A DNA stretch of 64,000 nt from a virus: positions 11,985 to 75,984 of IMG/VR virus record IMGVR_UViG_3300035145_002419. One strand, written 5' to 3'. Positions 49,469 through 58,518 of the stretch are shown piece after piece. Both the position numbers and the translations under genes were made by a program. Position 1 is the first letter of the stretch, and the number at the start of each line of letters is the position of its first letter. The notes under the pieces were generated by a model. It had not been told where the DNA came from. It did not search any database and saw nothing but the letters and a program-made list of their open reading frames with translations.

Positions 49469-49497
49469 TTGTCAAGTCTGTAGTAAGGTGATATAAT
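49469..49497 (+). promoter_or_regulatory. sigma70-type promoter for gp55
   Basis: TTGTCA-17 nt-TATAAT with extended -10 TG. Confidence 0.8.
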
Positions 49498-49521
49498 TCA
49501 TACATATTATGAGATAAACTT

Positions 49522-50016
49522 ATGATAGGACCTATGGCAAAACGAAAGAGGTCAGAACATTATGTAAATAATAAAGAATTTCTGGCAGCACTTATCAAGT
49601 ATCGCGAAGACAAAGAAATTGCAGAGATGAAAGGTCTTCCAAAACCTCCTATTCCACGCTACATTGGGGAGTGTTTTTTGAAGATCGCTAATCATCTTTC
49701 ATTCAAACCAAACTTTGTCAACTACATGTTCAAGGAGGATATGATTTCAGATGGAATCGAAAATTGCGTTCAGTACATTCATAATTTTAATCCTGAGAAA
49801 TCCCAAAATCCTTTTGCTTACTTTACGCAGATTATTCATTATGCGTTTCTCCGCAGAATCCAAAGGGAAAAGCGCCAATTAGAAATCAAGAATAAGATTA
49901 TCGAACGATCTGGTTATAGTGAAGTATTTGATGACAACAATACCCTTGACGGATCAAACTACAGTGACTACAATAGTATTAAAGACTCTGTTCATAGTAA
50001 ACTTCGTTATAATTAA
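49522..50016 (+). CDS. gp55: late sigma factor gp55
   Basis: HYVNNKEFL; YIGECFLKIA; DMISDGIENC; NPFAYFTQI..AFLRRI. Confidence 0.96.
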   Translation: MIGPMAKRKRSEHYVNNKEFLAALIKYREDKEIAEMKGLPKPPIPRYIGECFLKIANHLSFKPNFVNYMFKEDMISDGIENCVQYIHNFNPEKSQNPFAYFTQIIHYAFLRRIQREKRQLEIKNKIIERSGYSEVFDDNNTLDGSNYSDYNSIKDSVHSKLRYN

Positions 50017-50022
50017 TGTCTT

Positions 50023-50580
50023 GTGAATTTTGTTTCTATACTATCTAACCAAAAAGTATTTTATGATGATAATTATAATCGCCATAAACAACTTAAAGAT
50101 GATTTGCTTGAATTTTTAGAAAATCATGAAGATGTCCAGCAAAGAAAAACAAATGTTAAGGCTACAGCAACAGACTGGAACATGAAGATTGAAAGTCGAG
50201 AACTAGATCTATTCAAGGATGGTGTTCTCGACTTTATGTTAAATATTCCTTTTGATACGGGTGGTTGCTTTCGTCATTTTCAGGACCGTCGAAATTTTCA
50301 TATGATAGATTGTTGGGGTAATATTTACAGAAAAGGAGATTACACTGTAGATCATACTCACTTACCCTCTCAATATTCTTGGGTTTATTTTTTAAAATCA
50401 AAACCAAATTATTCTCCTTTGTTATTTGATTATTGGGATCAAAAGAAAAGAAAAATGAAATCGGTTAAAATATTGCCAATTGAGTCTAGAATAGTTGTAT
50501 TTCCCAGTTGTTTGCATCATAGGGTTCCTGTTCATATCCATGATGAAACTAGAATTACAATTTCCGGTAATATAGAATAA
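50023..50580 (+). CDS. 2OG-Fe(II) oxygenase, TIGR02466-like
   Basis: WGNIY; HTH; SWVYF; FPSCLHHRV; RITISGN. Confidence 0.8.
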   Translation: MNFVSILSNQKVFYDDNYNRHKQLKDDLLEFLENHEDVQQRKTNVKATATDWNMKIESRELDLFKDGVLDFMLNIPFDTGGCFRHFQDRRNFHMIDCWGNIYRKGDYTVDHTHLPSQYSWVYFLKSKPNYSPLLFDYWDQKKRKMKSVKILPIESRIVVFPSCLHHRVPVHIHDETRITISGNIE

Positions 50581-51620
50581 TGAAAGTTGCTATTATCACA
50601 GATCAGCATTTTGGTGCAAGAAAAAACTCTAAGTTATTTCATGATTATTTTTTAAAATTTTATAATGACATTTTCTTTCCTTACCTGGAGAAGGAAGGAA
50701 TTACAACCATTGTAGATATGGGAGATACCTTTGACAGTCGTAAGGGTATTGACTTTTCTGCACTATCATGGGCAAAAAATAATTACTATGATAGACTTCG
50801 TGATATGGGTGTTACTGTTCATACTATTGTAGGAAATCATACTGCATATTATAAAAATACCAATGATGTCAATGCAGTAGATCTTCTATTGCGCGAATAT
50901 GATAATGTAATTGTTTACCCAGAAGCAACAGAAGTCAAATTAGGTGACGCTGATGTATTGTTTATTCCTTGGATTAATTCTGAAAATGAAGAAAAAACTT
51001 ATAAACTTGTTAAAAGTACAACTTGCAACTACGCGATGGGGCACCTTGAACTCATCGGATTTAGAGCTCATCGAGGGTGTATCATGGAGCATGGTCATGA
51101 AAGCAAGTTATTTGAGAAGTTCTCCCATGTCTTCAGCGGTCACTATCACACTCGATCGGATAATGGACGGATCTATTACTTGGGAAACCCCTACGAAATG
51201 TTCTGGAACGATGTCGGTGATCGGAGAGGATTCACCATCCTTGATACAGAAACTTTTGAACATTTTCACATAGACAATCCGTATCAACTTTTTAAAATTC
51301 TTTACTATGATGATGATTCAGCATCACTTTTAGATACAAGACCTTATGAAAATAAGATTGTCAAAGTAATTGTAAGAAATAAACCGAGACAAAAAGAATT
51401 TGAAAAGGTAATTGATAAACTTTATTCCTGTGGAGTTGCTGATCTTAAGGTCATAGAAAATTTTGATATTCAAGAACCGGAAGAATTTGATGTGCTAGAA
51501 TCAGAAGATACCCTTTCAATCTTGAATAGATATATTCAGGAGGCAGAAATAAAACTTGATAAATCTAAAGTCCAAAATATAATGAGGGCAACATATCAAG
51601 AGGCATGTGAACTAATCTAG
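50580..51620 (+). CDS. gp47: recombination endonuclease gp47 (Mre11/SbcD-like)
   Basis: DQHFG; GDTFD; GNH; SGHYH. Confidence 0.95.
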   Translation: MKVAIITDQHFGARKNSKLFHDYFLKFYNDIFFPYLEKEGITTIVDMGDTFDSRKGIDFSALSWAKNNYYDRLRDMGVTVHTIVGNHTAYYKNTNDVNAVDLLLREYDNVIVYPEATEVKLGDADVLFIPWINSENEEKTYKLVKSTTCNYAMGHLELIGFRAHRGCIMEHGHESKLFEKFSHVFSGHYHTRSDNGRIYYLGNPYEMFWNDVGDRRGFTILDTETFEHFHIDNPYQLFKILYYDDDSASLLDTRPYENKIVKVIVRNKPRQKEFEKVIDKLYSCGVADLKVIENFDIQEPEEFDVLESEDTLSILNRYIQEAEIKLDKSKVQNIMRATYQEACELI

Positions 51621-51621
51621 A

Positions 51622-51894
51622 ATGTTTATTTTAACAATCAATGGCAGAGAAACCGAAGGTGCATATTCTGTAAAGGACGAATTGGGAGAACAAATCCTGT
51701 ATTTGTTTGCAGAGGAAGATGATGCCATTCGGTATGCTATGATGTTAGAAGAAGACGATTACCCGGAAATGCATGTAATAGAAATAGACGATGAAGTGAT
51801 GTTGAAAACTTGTGAAATGCATGGATATCAATATTCACTTATTACAAAAAATGATATCGTAATACCTCCAGACACTGAACATGATTTTATTTGA
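51622..51894 (+). CDS. conserved acidic hypothetical protein
   Basis: 90 aa between gp47 and gp46; F.EEDDA.RYA.ML motif. Confidence 0.75.
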   Translation: MFILTINGRETEGAYSVKDELGEQILYLFAEEDDAIRYAMMLEEDDYPEMHVIEIDDEVMLKTCEMHGYQYSLITKNDIVIPPDTEHDFI

Positions 51895-53593
51895 AAAAGT
51901 CCGTTGGAAAAACTTTCTTTCTACTGGAAATCAATTTACTGAAATCCAATTAAACGACACTAACACTAATTTGATTGTTGGATCAAATGGTGCAGGTAAG
52001 AGCACAGTTTTGGATGCTCTTACCTTTTCTTTGTTTGGAAGAGCATTCCGAAAAATTAATAAACCACAACTTATAAACTCCGTAAATGATAAAGACTGTA
52101 AGGTGGAAGTTGAATTTACAATTGGAAAAACTTCATGGAAGGTTGTTCGTGGTATTAAACCTGCTATTTTTGAAATCTGGAGAGATGATTCTCTTTTAGA
52201 TCAAGCATCTTCTGCTGCAGACCAACAGAAATGGTTTGAGCAAAATGTATTGAAGATGAATTACAAGTCCTTCACACAGATTGTTATTCTTGGGAGTAGC
52301 ACATTTGTTCCCTTCATGCAATTGACAGCATCTAATCGTAGAGATGTTATTGAAGATCTTCTTGATATTCGTATTTTTTCTACAATGAATGTAGTTTTAA
52401 AAGAAAAGATTCGTTCTATAAAAGAAGAAGTTAAAGTTCTTGAGTTGAAGAAAGAGTCTCTTCTTGATAAAGTTGAAATGCAAAAAAACTTTATTGAAGA
52501 ACTTGAGTGTCGTGGAAAGGAAAACGTAAAGCAAAAGGAAAATAAAATTCAAGAACTTCTTATTGAAGAAAATAATTTGATGCTTTCAAATCAAATTATT
52601 GAAGAGGATGTATTTAAATTAAACAAAGAAATTGAAGAAGTAACTGGAGCAACTGATAAACTACGTAAGCTTGGTAATTTAAAAGGTAAGATTTCTAATA
52701 AAGTAGCGACCATAACTAAAGAACATAAATTCTTCACAGAGAATACGGTCTGCCCTACTTGCAATCAGGACATTGAAGAAACCTTCAGAATAAATAGGAT
52801 TAAGGACGCTCAAGATAAAGCAAAGGAGTTGCAATCTGGTTATCAAGAACTAGAGGACGCAATTAATAAGGAAGAAGAGCGAGAGCGTCAATTTTTATTC
52901 TTAAGTAAGGAGACAACAACTTTAACGCATGGCATTTCTAAGAACAATACTAAGATCGCTGGATGTCAACGACAAATCAGAGATCTGGAATCGGAAATTC
53001 AAAGAATTACCGACCAACTTGCAAATAGAAATATTGAAAATGAAAAGTTAGAATCTCTTAAAGACAACTTAAAAACAACATACGACGAACTCGCTCAACG
53101 TAAGGACACAATAGACTACTACGATTTTTCGTACAGTCTTCTTAAAGACGGTGGAGTAAAATCCAAAATCATAAAGAAGTATCTACCGCTGATAAATCAG
53201 CAAGTCAATCGTTATCTTCAAATGATGGACTTCTACATTAACTTCACGCTTGATGAGGAATTTAACGAAACCGTCCAGTCCCCAATCCATGAAGATTTTT
53301 CCTACGCTTCTTTTAGTGAAGGGGAAAAAATGAGAATCGATCTAGCACTTTTGTTTACATGGCGTGAAGTTGCTAGAATGAAAAATTCTGTTAATACTAA
53401 TCTATTAATTATGGATGAAGTGTTTGATAGTTCTCTTGATGGATTTGGTACAGAAGAATTTCTAAAGATTATTCGTTTTGTAATTAAAGATGCAAATGTA
53501 TTTGTCATATCGCATAAGACTGGTATGGATGACAGATTTGCTAACGTGATAAAATTTGAAAAAGTAAAAGGTTTTTCGCATAAGGCAAATTGA
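51881..53593 (+). CDS. gp46: recombination ATPase gp46 (Rad50/SbcC-like)
   Basis: GSNGAGKS; CPTC hook; FSEGEK; IMDEVFD; ISH. Confidence 0.96.
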   Translation: MILFEKVRWKNFLSTGNQFTEIQLNDTNTNLIVGSNGAGKSTVLDALTFSLFGRAFRKINKPQLINSVNDKDCKVEVEFTIGKTSWKVVRGIKPAIFEIWRDDSLLDQASSAADQQKWFEQNVLKMNYKSFTQIVILGSSTFVPFMQLTASNRRDVIEDLLDIRIFSTMNVVLKEKIRSIKEEVKVLELKKESLLDKVEMQKNFIEELECRGKENVKQKENKIQELLIEENNLMLSNQIIEEDVFKLNKEIEEVTGATDKLRKLGNLKGKISNKVATITKEHKFFTENTVCPTCNQDIEETFRINRIKDAQDKAKELQSGYQELEDAINKEEERERQFLFLSKETTTLTHGISKNNTKIAGCQRQIRDLESEIQRITDQLANRNIENEKLESLKDNLKTTYDELAQRKDTIDYYDFSYSLLKDGGVKSKIIKKYLPLINQQVNRYLQMMDFYINFTLDEEFNETVQSPIHEDFSYASFSEGEKMRIDLALLFTWREVARMKNSVNTNLLIMDEVFDSSLDGFGTEEFLKIIRFVIKDANVFVISHKTGMDDRFANVIKFEKVKGFSHKAN

Positions 53594-53650
53594 TAGATGA
53601 AAACAATACCCTATGGTATGATAGGGTGATAAACGAATCTATAAAGAAAA

Positions 53651-53881
53651 ATGCAAGTTCCAAATTGGAAGCATCACTCCCGGAAGGAGAAGAAACGAAA
53701 ATTAAAACCACAGGCAATGAGAGCAAGGCGTGAAGCACTACGCCAATTTAAGAAGAGGTACACAGGGTCGTCTAAAGGGCGACCTTTTTTTGTATACTGG
53801 TCTTATAGACAAGGAAACACATGCCCGTTCAACACGAAATCAAGTCACAACTTGCCAAACTGCTTGCAACTGAAGACCTGA
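53651..53881 (+). CDS. small basic hypothetical protein whose ORF runs through a terminator
   Basis: PNWKHHSRKEKKRKLKPQAMR; the C-terminal half is encoded by regulatory DNA and overlaps the next gene. Confidence 0.6.
   Translation: MQVPNWKHHSRKEKKRKLKPQAMRARREALRQFKKRYTGSSKGRPFFVYWSYRQGNTCPFNTKSSHNLPNCLQLKT
53765..53791 (+). terminator. intrinsic terminator-like hairpin
   Basis: GGTCGTC-TAAAG-GGCGACC (one G:U pair) followed by T7. Confidence 0.7.
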
Positions 53882-55956
53882 TAGTTGAGCACCGTTCTAT
53901 TGAAACGGCACAGTTCAATGTCCATACACGGGTTCTGACCTTGCCTCAGTGGGAGAGGGCAAGCAATGATGTCTATGATATGCTTGTTGGTCATGAAGTT
54001 GGACATGCACTGTTCACTCCTGATGAAGATCCTCCGGCAAATATTCCACATTCTTTTGTGAATATTGTTGAAGATGCAAGAATTGAAAAGTTGATGAAGC
54101 GTAAGTATCTTGGTCTTGGTAAAACATTTTTCAAAGGATATAAAGAACTGTCCGAACAAGATTTTTTCTGCCTAGAGAACGAAGATGTCTCAAAGATGAA
54201 TCTTGCTGATCGTGCAAATCTGTTCTTCAAGATTGGTGGTCATACTAATATTCCTATTCAAGATAGTGAAAAAGAAATCATTGATATGATTTCTGATTGT
54301 GAGACTTTTGCAGATGTTTTGCTTGCTGCGGAAGCTTTGTACAAGTTCTGTAAGGAAGAGAAGAAGCAAGAAAAGATTTCTAATATTGAAACACCACAAC
54401 AAGAACAGGGTGGTGGAACTGAAATCACACAGCAACCTCAACCACAGATTGAAACGCCAACTTCTGAGGGTGGTTCTGATGGAGAACAGTCTGAACAATC
54501 ACAGAATAAAAGTGAAGAGAAAATTGAAGGACCTGGTGATAGTCAAATTGAAGAGGATTATGAACCAGAAACTAAGACTGTAGATAAACTTGAGGAGCGT
54601 TTACGTGATCTTGTTCGAGATGTTGGTGTTGATAACATTTATGTTGAAGTTCCTAAAGTAAATCTTGATACCGTAATTGCAAAAAATGAAGATGTACATT
54701 CTGCAATAGATAACACTTTTAATCTTTGTGCTTCTAATAGTGCAACTGGGTATGATATCTATAGTGATGTAGACTCTGAGTATACAAAGTTCAAACGTTC
54801 TGCACAGAAGGAAGTTAGTTACCTTGTAAAAGAATTTGAATGTCGTAAAGCAGCAGATTCTTATGCCCGTGCTACTACATCACGTACCGGAGTTCTGGAT
54901 TGTTCTAAACTTCACACCTACAAATACAATGAGGATTTGTTCAGGAAAGTGACAACACTTGCCAATGGAAAGAATCATGGTCTTGTATTTGTGCTTGATT
55001 GGTCTGGATCAATGTCTCATGTCTTGAAGGATACTTGTAAGCAACTTTTCAACTTGATATGGTTCTGCAGAAAAGTTTCTATTCCTTTTGATGTTTATGC
55101 ATTCACTAACGATTGGAATCGCCCAGTATATGATCACAGTAACATGGAATATATTCCGGCAAATCTTGTACATCACTATGAAAAGAAAGAGGGTCTTCTT
55201 TGCGTTCCTGAAAATTTCACAATGATGAATATCTTGACCAGTAAGGTTTCATCTAAAGAAATGGAAAAGCAAATGAACAATATCTGGCGTGTTGCTAATT
55301 ACTATTCATCTTCTTGGGGATGTCGATATAGTATTCCAGAGCAACTTGCACTTTCTGGAACACCCTTGAATGAAGCAATGGTTTCTCTTCATCAGATTCT
55401 TCCTAAGTTTCAGAAAGAGAATAAAGTTCAGAAAGTTCAGTGTATTGTTCTGACTGATGGTGAAGCAAATACACTTGCTCGTCATGTTGAAATTAATTTG
55501 ATAAACGACCGATACATTGGCACCCGTCGTTTGTCTGCTGATAACACATTTGTTCGTGATCGTAAACTTGGCACTACATATCGTGTTGGATATCGTTGGA
55601 ATGCATTTACTGATCTGATGCTTAAAAATCTTAAGGATAATTTCCCTTCAGTAAACTTTATTGGTATCCGTGTTCTTGAAGGTCGTGATGTTAAAGGATT
55701 TATTAGAATGCATTGTGATTCTGAAACACAGACCAAAGTTTTACAGGATTGGGTCAAACTGAGAAGTTTTTGTATTAAAGATTCTGGATATGATGCATAC
55801 TTTGGAGTGTCTGCATCATCTCTTTCTCAAGAATCTGAATTTGATGTGGATGATGGCGCAACAAAAGCAAAGATTAAATCTGCTTTTGTTAAAAGTTTGA
55901 AGACTAAAAAACTAAATAAGAAAGTCCTTGGAGAATTTATTTCGCTGGTGGTATGA
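53821..55956 (+). CDS. CobT-like protein: N-terminal HExxH domain, acidic linker, C-terminal vWA domain
   Basis: HEVGH..EDARIE; MIDAS DWSGS, GTPL, LTDGE; AGGA RBS; upstream of CobS-like ATPase. Confidence 0.85.
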   Translation: MPVQHEIKSQLAKLLATEDLIVEHRSIETAQFNVHTRVLTLPQWERASNDVYDMLVGHEVGHALFTPDEDPPANIPHSFVNIVEDARIEKLMKRKYLGLGKTFFKGYKELSEQDFFCLENEDVSKMNLADRANLFFKIGGHTNIPIQDSEKEIIDMISDCETFADVLLAAEALYKFCKEEKKQEKISNIETPQQEQGGGTEITQQPQPQIETPTSEGGSDGEQSEQSQNKSEEKIEGPGDSQIEEDYEPETKTVDKLEERLRDLVRDVGVDNIYVEVPKVNLDTVIAKNEDVHSAIDNTFNLCASNSATGYDIYSDVDSEYTKFKRSAQKEVSYLVKEFECRKAADSYARATTSRTGVLDCSKLHTYKYNEDLFRKVTTLANGKNHGLVFVLDWSGSMSHVLKDTCKQLFNLIWFCRKVSIPFDVYAFTNDWNRPVYDHSNMEYIPANLVHHYEKKEGLLCVPENFTMMNILTSKVSSKEMEKQMNNIWRVANYYSSSWGCRYSIPEQLALSGTPLNEAMVSLHQILPKFQKENKVQKVQCIVLTDGEANTLARHVEINLINDRYIGTRRLSADNTFVRDRKLGTTYRVGYRWNAFTDLMLKNLKDNFPSVNFIGIRVLEGRDVKGFIRMHCDSETQTKVLQDWVKLRSFCIKDSGYDAYFGVSASSLSQESEFDVDDGATKAKIKSAFVKSLKTKKLNKKVLGEFISLVV

Positions 55957-56132
55957 GTAGAAAGCATAAACTTCCTTTCAAGCATATTGTTTTGGAGGAC
56001 ACTAAAGAAGTTCTTATAGTTGTGAGAAGTGCTATCACAGCCATGGGCGTTAGTGCCATGGTGAACAAATATTATCCAGGTTATACTGCCAAGATTATTT
56101 CTGAGCGATACTACCAGGAGCAGACAATCTAA
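55953..56132 (+). CDS. hypothetical protein (59 aa); not in ORF track
   Basis: Manual translation MSRKHKLPFKHIVLEDTKEVLIVVRSAITAMGVSAMVNKYYPGYTAKIISERYYQEQTI; ATGA coupling. Confidence 0.7.
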   Translation: MSRKHKLPFKHIVLEDTKEVLIVVRSAITAMGVSAMVNKYYPGYTAKIISERYYQEQTI

Positions 56133-56143
56133 AAGGTGTCTAC

Positions 56144-56168
56144 GGGAGGGTTTGAAACCCTCCTTTTT
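56144..56168 (+). terminator. intrinsic terminator-like hairpin
   Basis: GGAGGGT-TTGAA-ACCCTCC followed by T5. Confidence 0.75.
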
Positions 56169-56176
56169 CGTCTACA

Positions 56177-57289
56177 ATGACTTCAGTTCAAACAAAGCAA
56201 ATGGGTCTGTCCAAAGAAAGCATCATCGAATGTCTCCGCGATTCCTACGGCGAGTCTGTGACTTCCGCTGAAATCAAGGCATTTTGCCAGATGAATGATT
56301 TCAACTATCAGACTGTTACAAATAAACTGACTGACTATAAAGTTGGTCGTGGTAAGTGGAATCTGGAGGTAACACCTGATACTGTCGAAGATCTAGAAAT
56401 TACCTATAATGGTCCTGCTGCTATGCCAGCGATCGAACAAAACCTTATTCCCCGTAGAGATGATTCCTTCGTCAAGTTTGGTAACTTTACTGATATTAAG
56501 AAAATTATTGAGTCCCGTGTATTTTATCCATCGTTCATTACTGGTCTATCTGGAAACGGTAAAACATTCTCGGTTGAGCAAGCGTGTGCGATTTTGGGTC
56601 GGGAACTTATTCGTGTAAACATTACGATTGAAACAGATGAAGATGATCTCATTGGTGGATTCCGTCTTGTCAATGGCGAAACCATTTGGCACAATGGTCC
56701 GGTCGTCGAAGCCTTGGAGCGCGGTGCGATTCTACTGCTTGACGAGATTGACCTGGCTTCCAACAAGATTCTTTGCCTTCAATCGATCTTGGAAGGCAAA
56801 GGAGTATTCTTGAAGAAGATTGGAAAGATGGTTCATCCTAAAAAAGGATTTAATGTCATCGCTACTGCAAACACAAAGGGTAAAGGATCCGATGATGGTC
56901 GTTTTATTGGCACCAATGTCCTTAATGAAGCGTTTCTAGAGCGTTTCCCTGTGACCTTTGAGCAGGAGTATCCCACTGCTGCCATCGAAACTAAGATCCT
57001 CAACAAACTGTGTGATGATCATACTTTCTGCAAGCGCCTTGCTGACTGGGCAGATATCATCCGTAAAACCTTCTACGATGGTGGTATTGAAGAGATCATC
57101 AGCACCCGCCGTCTGGTTCACATTGTCCAGGCATACAACATCTTTGGCGATAAAGCAAAGGCAATTCAAGTTTGTGTGAATCGCTTCGATGATGAAACAA
57201 AGCAGGCATTCCTGGAACTGTATGATAAAGTTGATGCTGATTTCGTGATGCCTTCCGAACAAGATGTTAACACACACCCTTCCGTTTAA
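56177..57289 (+). CDS. cobS: CobS-like/MoxR AAA+ ATPase (true start may be 56201)
   Basis: Walker A GLSGNGKT; DDLIGG; Walker B LLLDEID; ATANTKG; AFLERF; STRRL. Confidence 0.9.
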   Translation: MTSVQTKQMGLSKESIIECLRDSYGESVTSAEIKAFCQMNDFNYQTVTNKLTDYKVGRGKWNLEVTPDTVEDLEITYNGPAAMPAIEQNLIPRRDDSFVKFGNFTDIKKIIESRVFYPSFITGLSGNGKTFSVEQACAILGRELIRVNITIETDEDDLIGGFRLVNGETIWHNGPVVEALERGAILLLDEIDLASNKILCLQSILEGKGVFLKKIGKMVHPKKGFNVIATANTKGKGSDDGRFIGTNVLNEAFLERFPVTFEQEYPTAAIETKILNKLCDDHTFCKRLADWADIIRKTFYDGGIEEIISTRRLVHIVQAYNIFGDKAKAIQVCVNRFDDETKQAFLELYDKVDADFVMPSEQDVNTHPSV

Positions 57290-57297
57290 TTAAAATT

Positions 57298-57993
57298 ATG
57301 ATTTTAGATAATCTAGACTCCTTAGAAGATATTTGTTCTGGAGTTAAAAACAAAACATCTTCATTATTGGGGCATGTCATATACACTAATAATGAATTGT
57401 ATTATGCAACTTTTTATCAAGCTATGTTTGATATTCTCAAAACTGAGGATATTAAAACAGTTCTGGATGTTGGTGGGTGTACAGGTCAATTTTCTAAAGT
57501 TATGATGGAAAAACTTCCGTCCATTGAAAAATGCATAATTATTGAACCCCTATCTAGAAATTATCATTTTATTAAATACCGCTTTTGTAATGAAAAACGA
57601 ATTGAAGTTTTAAAAAAATGTATTTTTTATGGGGAAGAAACTATGGACTTGTATGCGGAAGATGGTAATGTTGGTGGAGCACATATAAGTTCATCTCAAA
57701 ACGCCGAAACCGTAAAAACATCTCCTTTGGAGGATCTTCCTGTTTGTGACTTTATTAAAATTGACGTTGAAAGTGCAGAATGGAGAATTATTGAAAATTC
57801 CACAAGTTTAGATCAGTTTAAATTTATTCAAATTGAATTTCATGATCTTCGTAATTGGTACTATGCTAGGGATTGGAAAAACTTTTTAGAGAAGAATTTG
57901 CCAAATCATGAAGTGATTATGGATGGTAAAGATTATCCTAGAAAATGGGGCGGATCTTGGTTTGAGCAAGTTCTCTTAAAGAGAAAAATTTGA
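57298..57993 (+). CDS. FkbM-family SAM-dependent methyltransferase
   Basis: VLDVGGCTG; IEP; DFIKIDVESAE; IEFH. Confidence 0.85.
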   Translation: MILDNLDSLEDICSGVKNKTSSLLGHVIYTNNELYYATFYQAMFDILKTEDIKTVLDVGGCTGQFSKVMMEKLPSIEKCIIIEPLSRNYHFIKYRFCNEKRIEVLKKCIFYGEETMDLYAEDGNVGGAHISSSQNAETVKTSPLEDLPVCDFIKIDVESAEWRIIENSTSLDQFKFIQIEFHDLRNWYYARDWKNFLEKNLPNHEVIMDGKDYPRKWGGSWFEQVLLKRKI

Positions 57994-58011
57994 GATGCCT
58001 GTAAAACAATG

Positions 58012-58040
58012 TTGCCAAACCTACCCAGGAGTGATATAAT
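58012..58040 (+). promoter_or_regulatory. sigma70-type promoter
   Basis: TTGCCA-17 nt-TATAAT with extended -10 TG. Confidence 0.75.
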
Positions 58041-58518
58041 GACTAATGCTTGGAGTTTTCTTTATGATGCTATGAATGAAGATAAAATTGATCTTACGGA
58101 CGGACATTACACCGATTACATGGAATCCTTTAACTATGGAAATACCGTATCCAACGGTGACAAAATCGAATTTGACATTATTCCAGAAATGAATTTGAAT
58201 TTAGATTCGCTTTCCAATAATGGATTTTGGAAGTACGAAGAGGACAAAACTATGAAAGAAATACGTGAGTATCTTTCTTCAACTTACAAATCCCACTATA
58301 CTTCTAAAGATAGTAAAACACAAACTTTAGATCTAATTGAAAGTATTGGCGATGCAGAACCTTTCTGCCGATCTAATGCAATTAAATATCTTTCCCGATT
58401 TGGAAAGAAAAATGGTAAATCAAAGCAAGATATTTTGAAGGCAATTCACTACTGCATTCTTCTCTACCATTTCTCCGGTCTTCACAATGAAACTAAGGGC
58501 ACCTATGAAACTTTCTGA
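58039..58518 (+). CDS. DUF3310-like protein (T7 gp1.7-related); start uncertain (58039 or 58072)
   Basis: HY..FCRSNAIKYLSRFGKKNG..DILKAIHY; the track's 58009 start lies inside the promoter. Confidence 0.75.
   Translation: MTNAWSFLYDAMNEDKIDLTDGHYTDYMESFNYGNTVSNGDKIEFDIIPEMNLNLDSLSNNGFWKYEEDKTMKEIREYLSSTYKSHYTSKDSKTQTLDLIESIGDAEPFCRSNAIKYLSRFGKKNGKSKQDILKAIHYCILLYHFSGLHNETKGTYETF

Noticed and set aside
53785-53821. T7 tract as a -1 frameshift fusing ORF 53651 to the CobT-like gene
   Set aside because: The shifted frame hits TAG at 53806 before the CobT-like start
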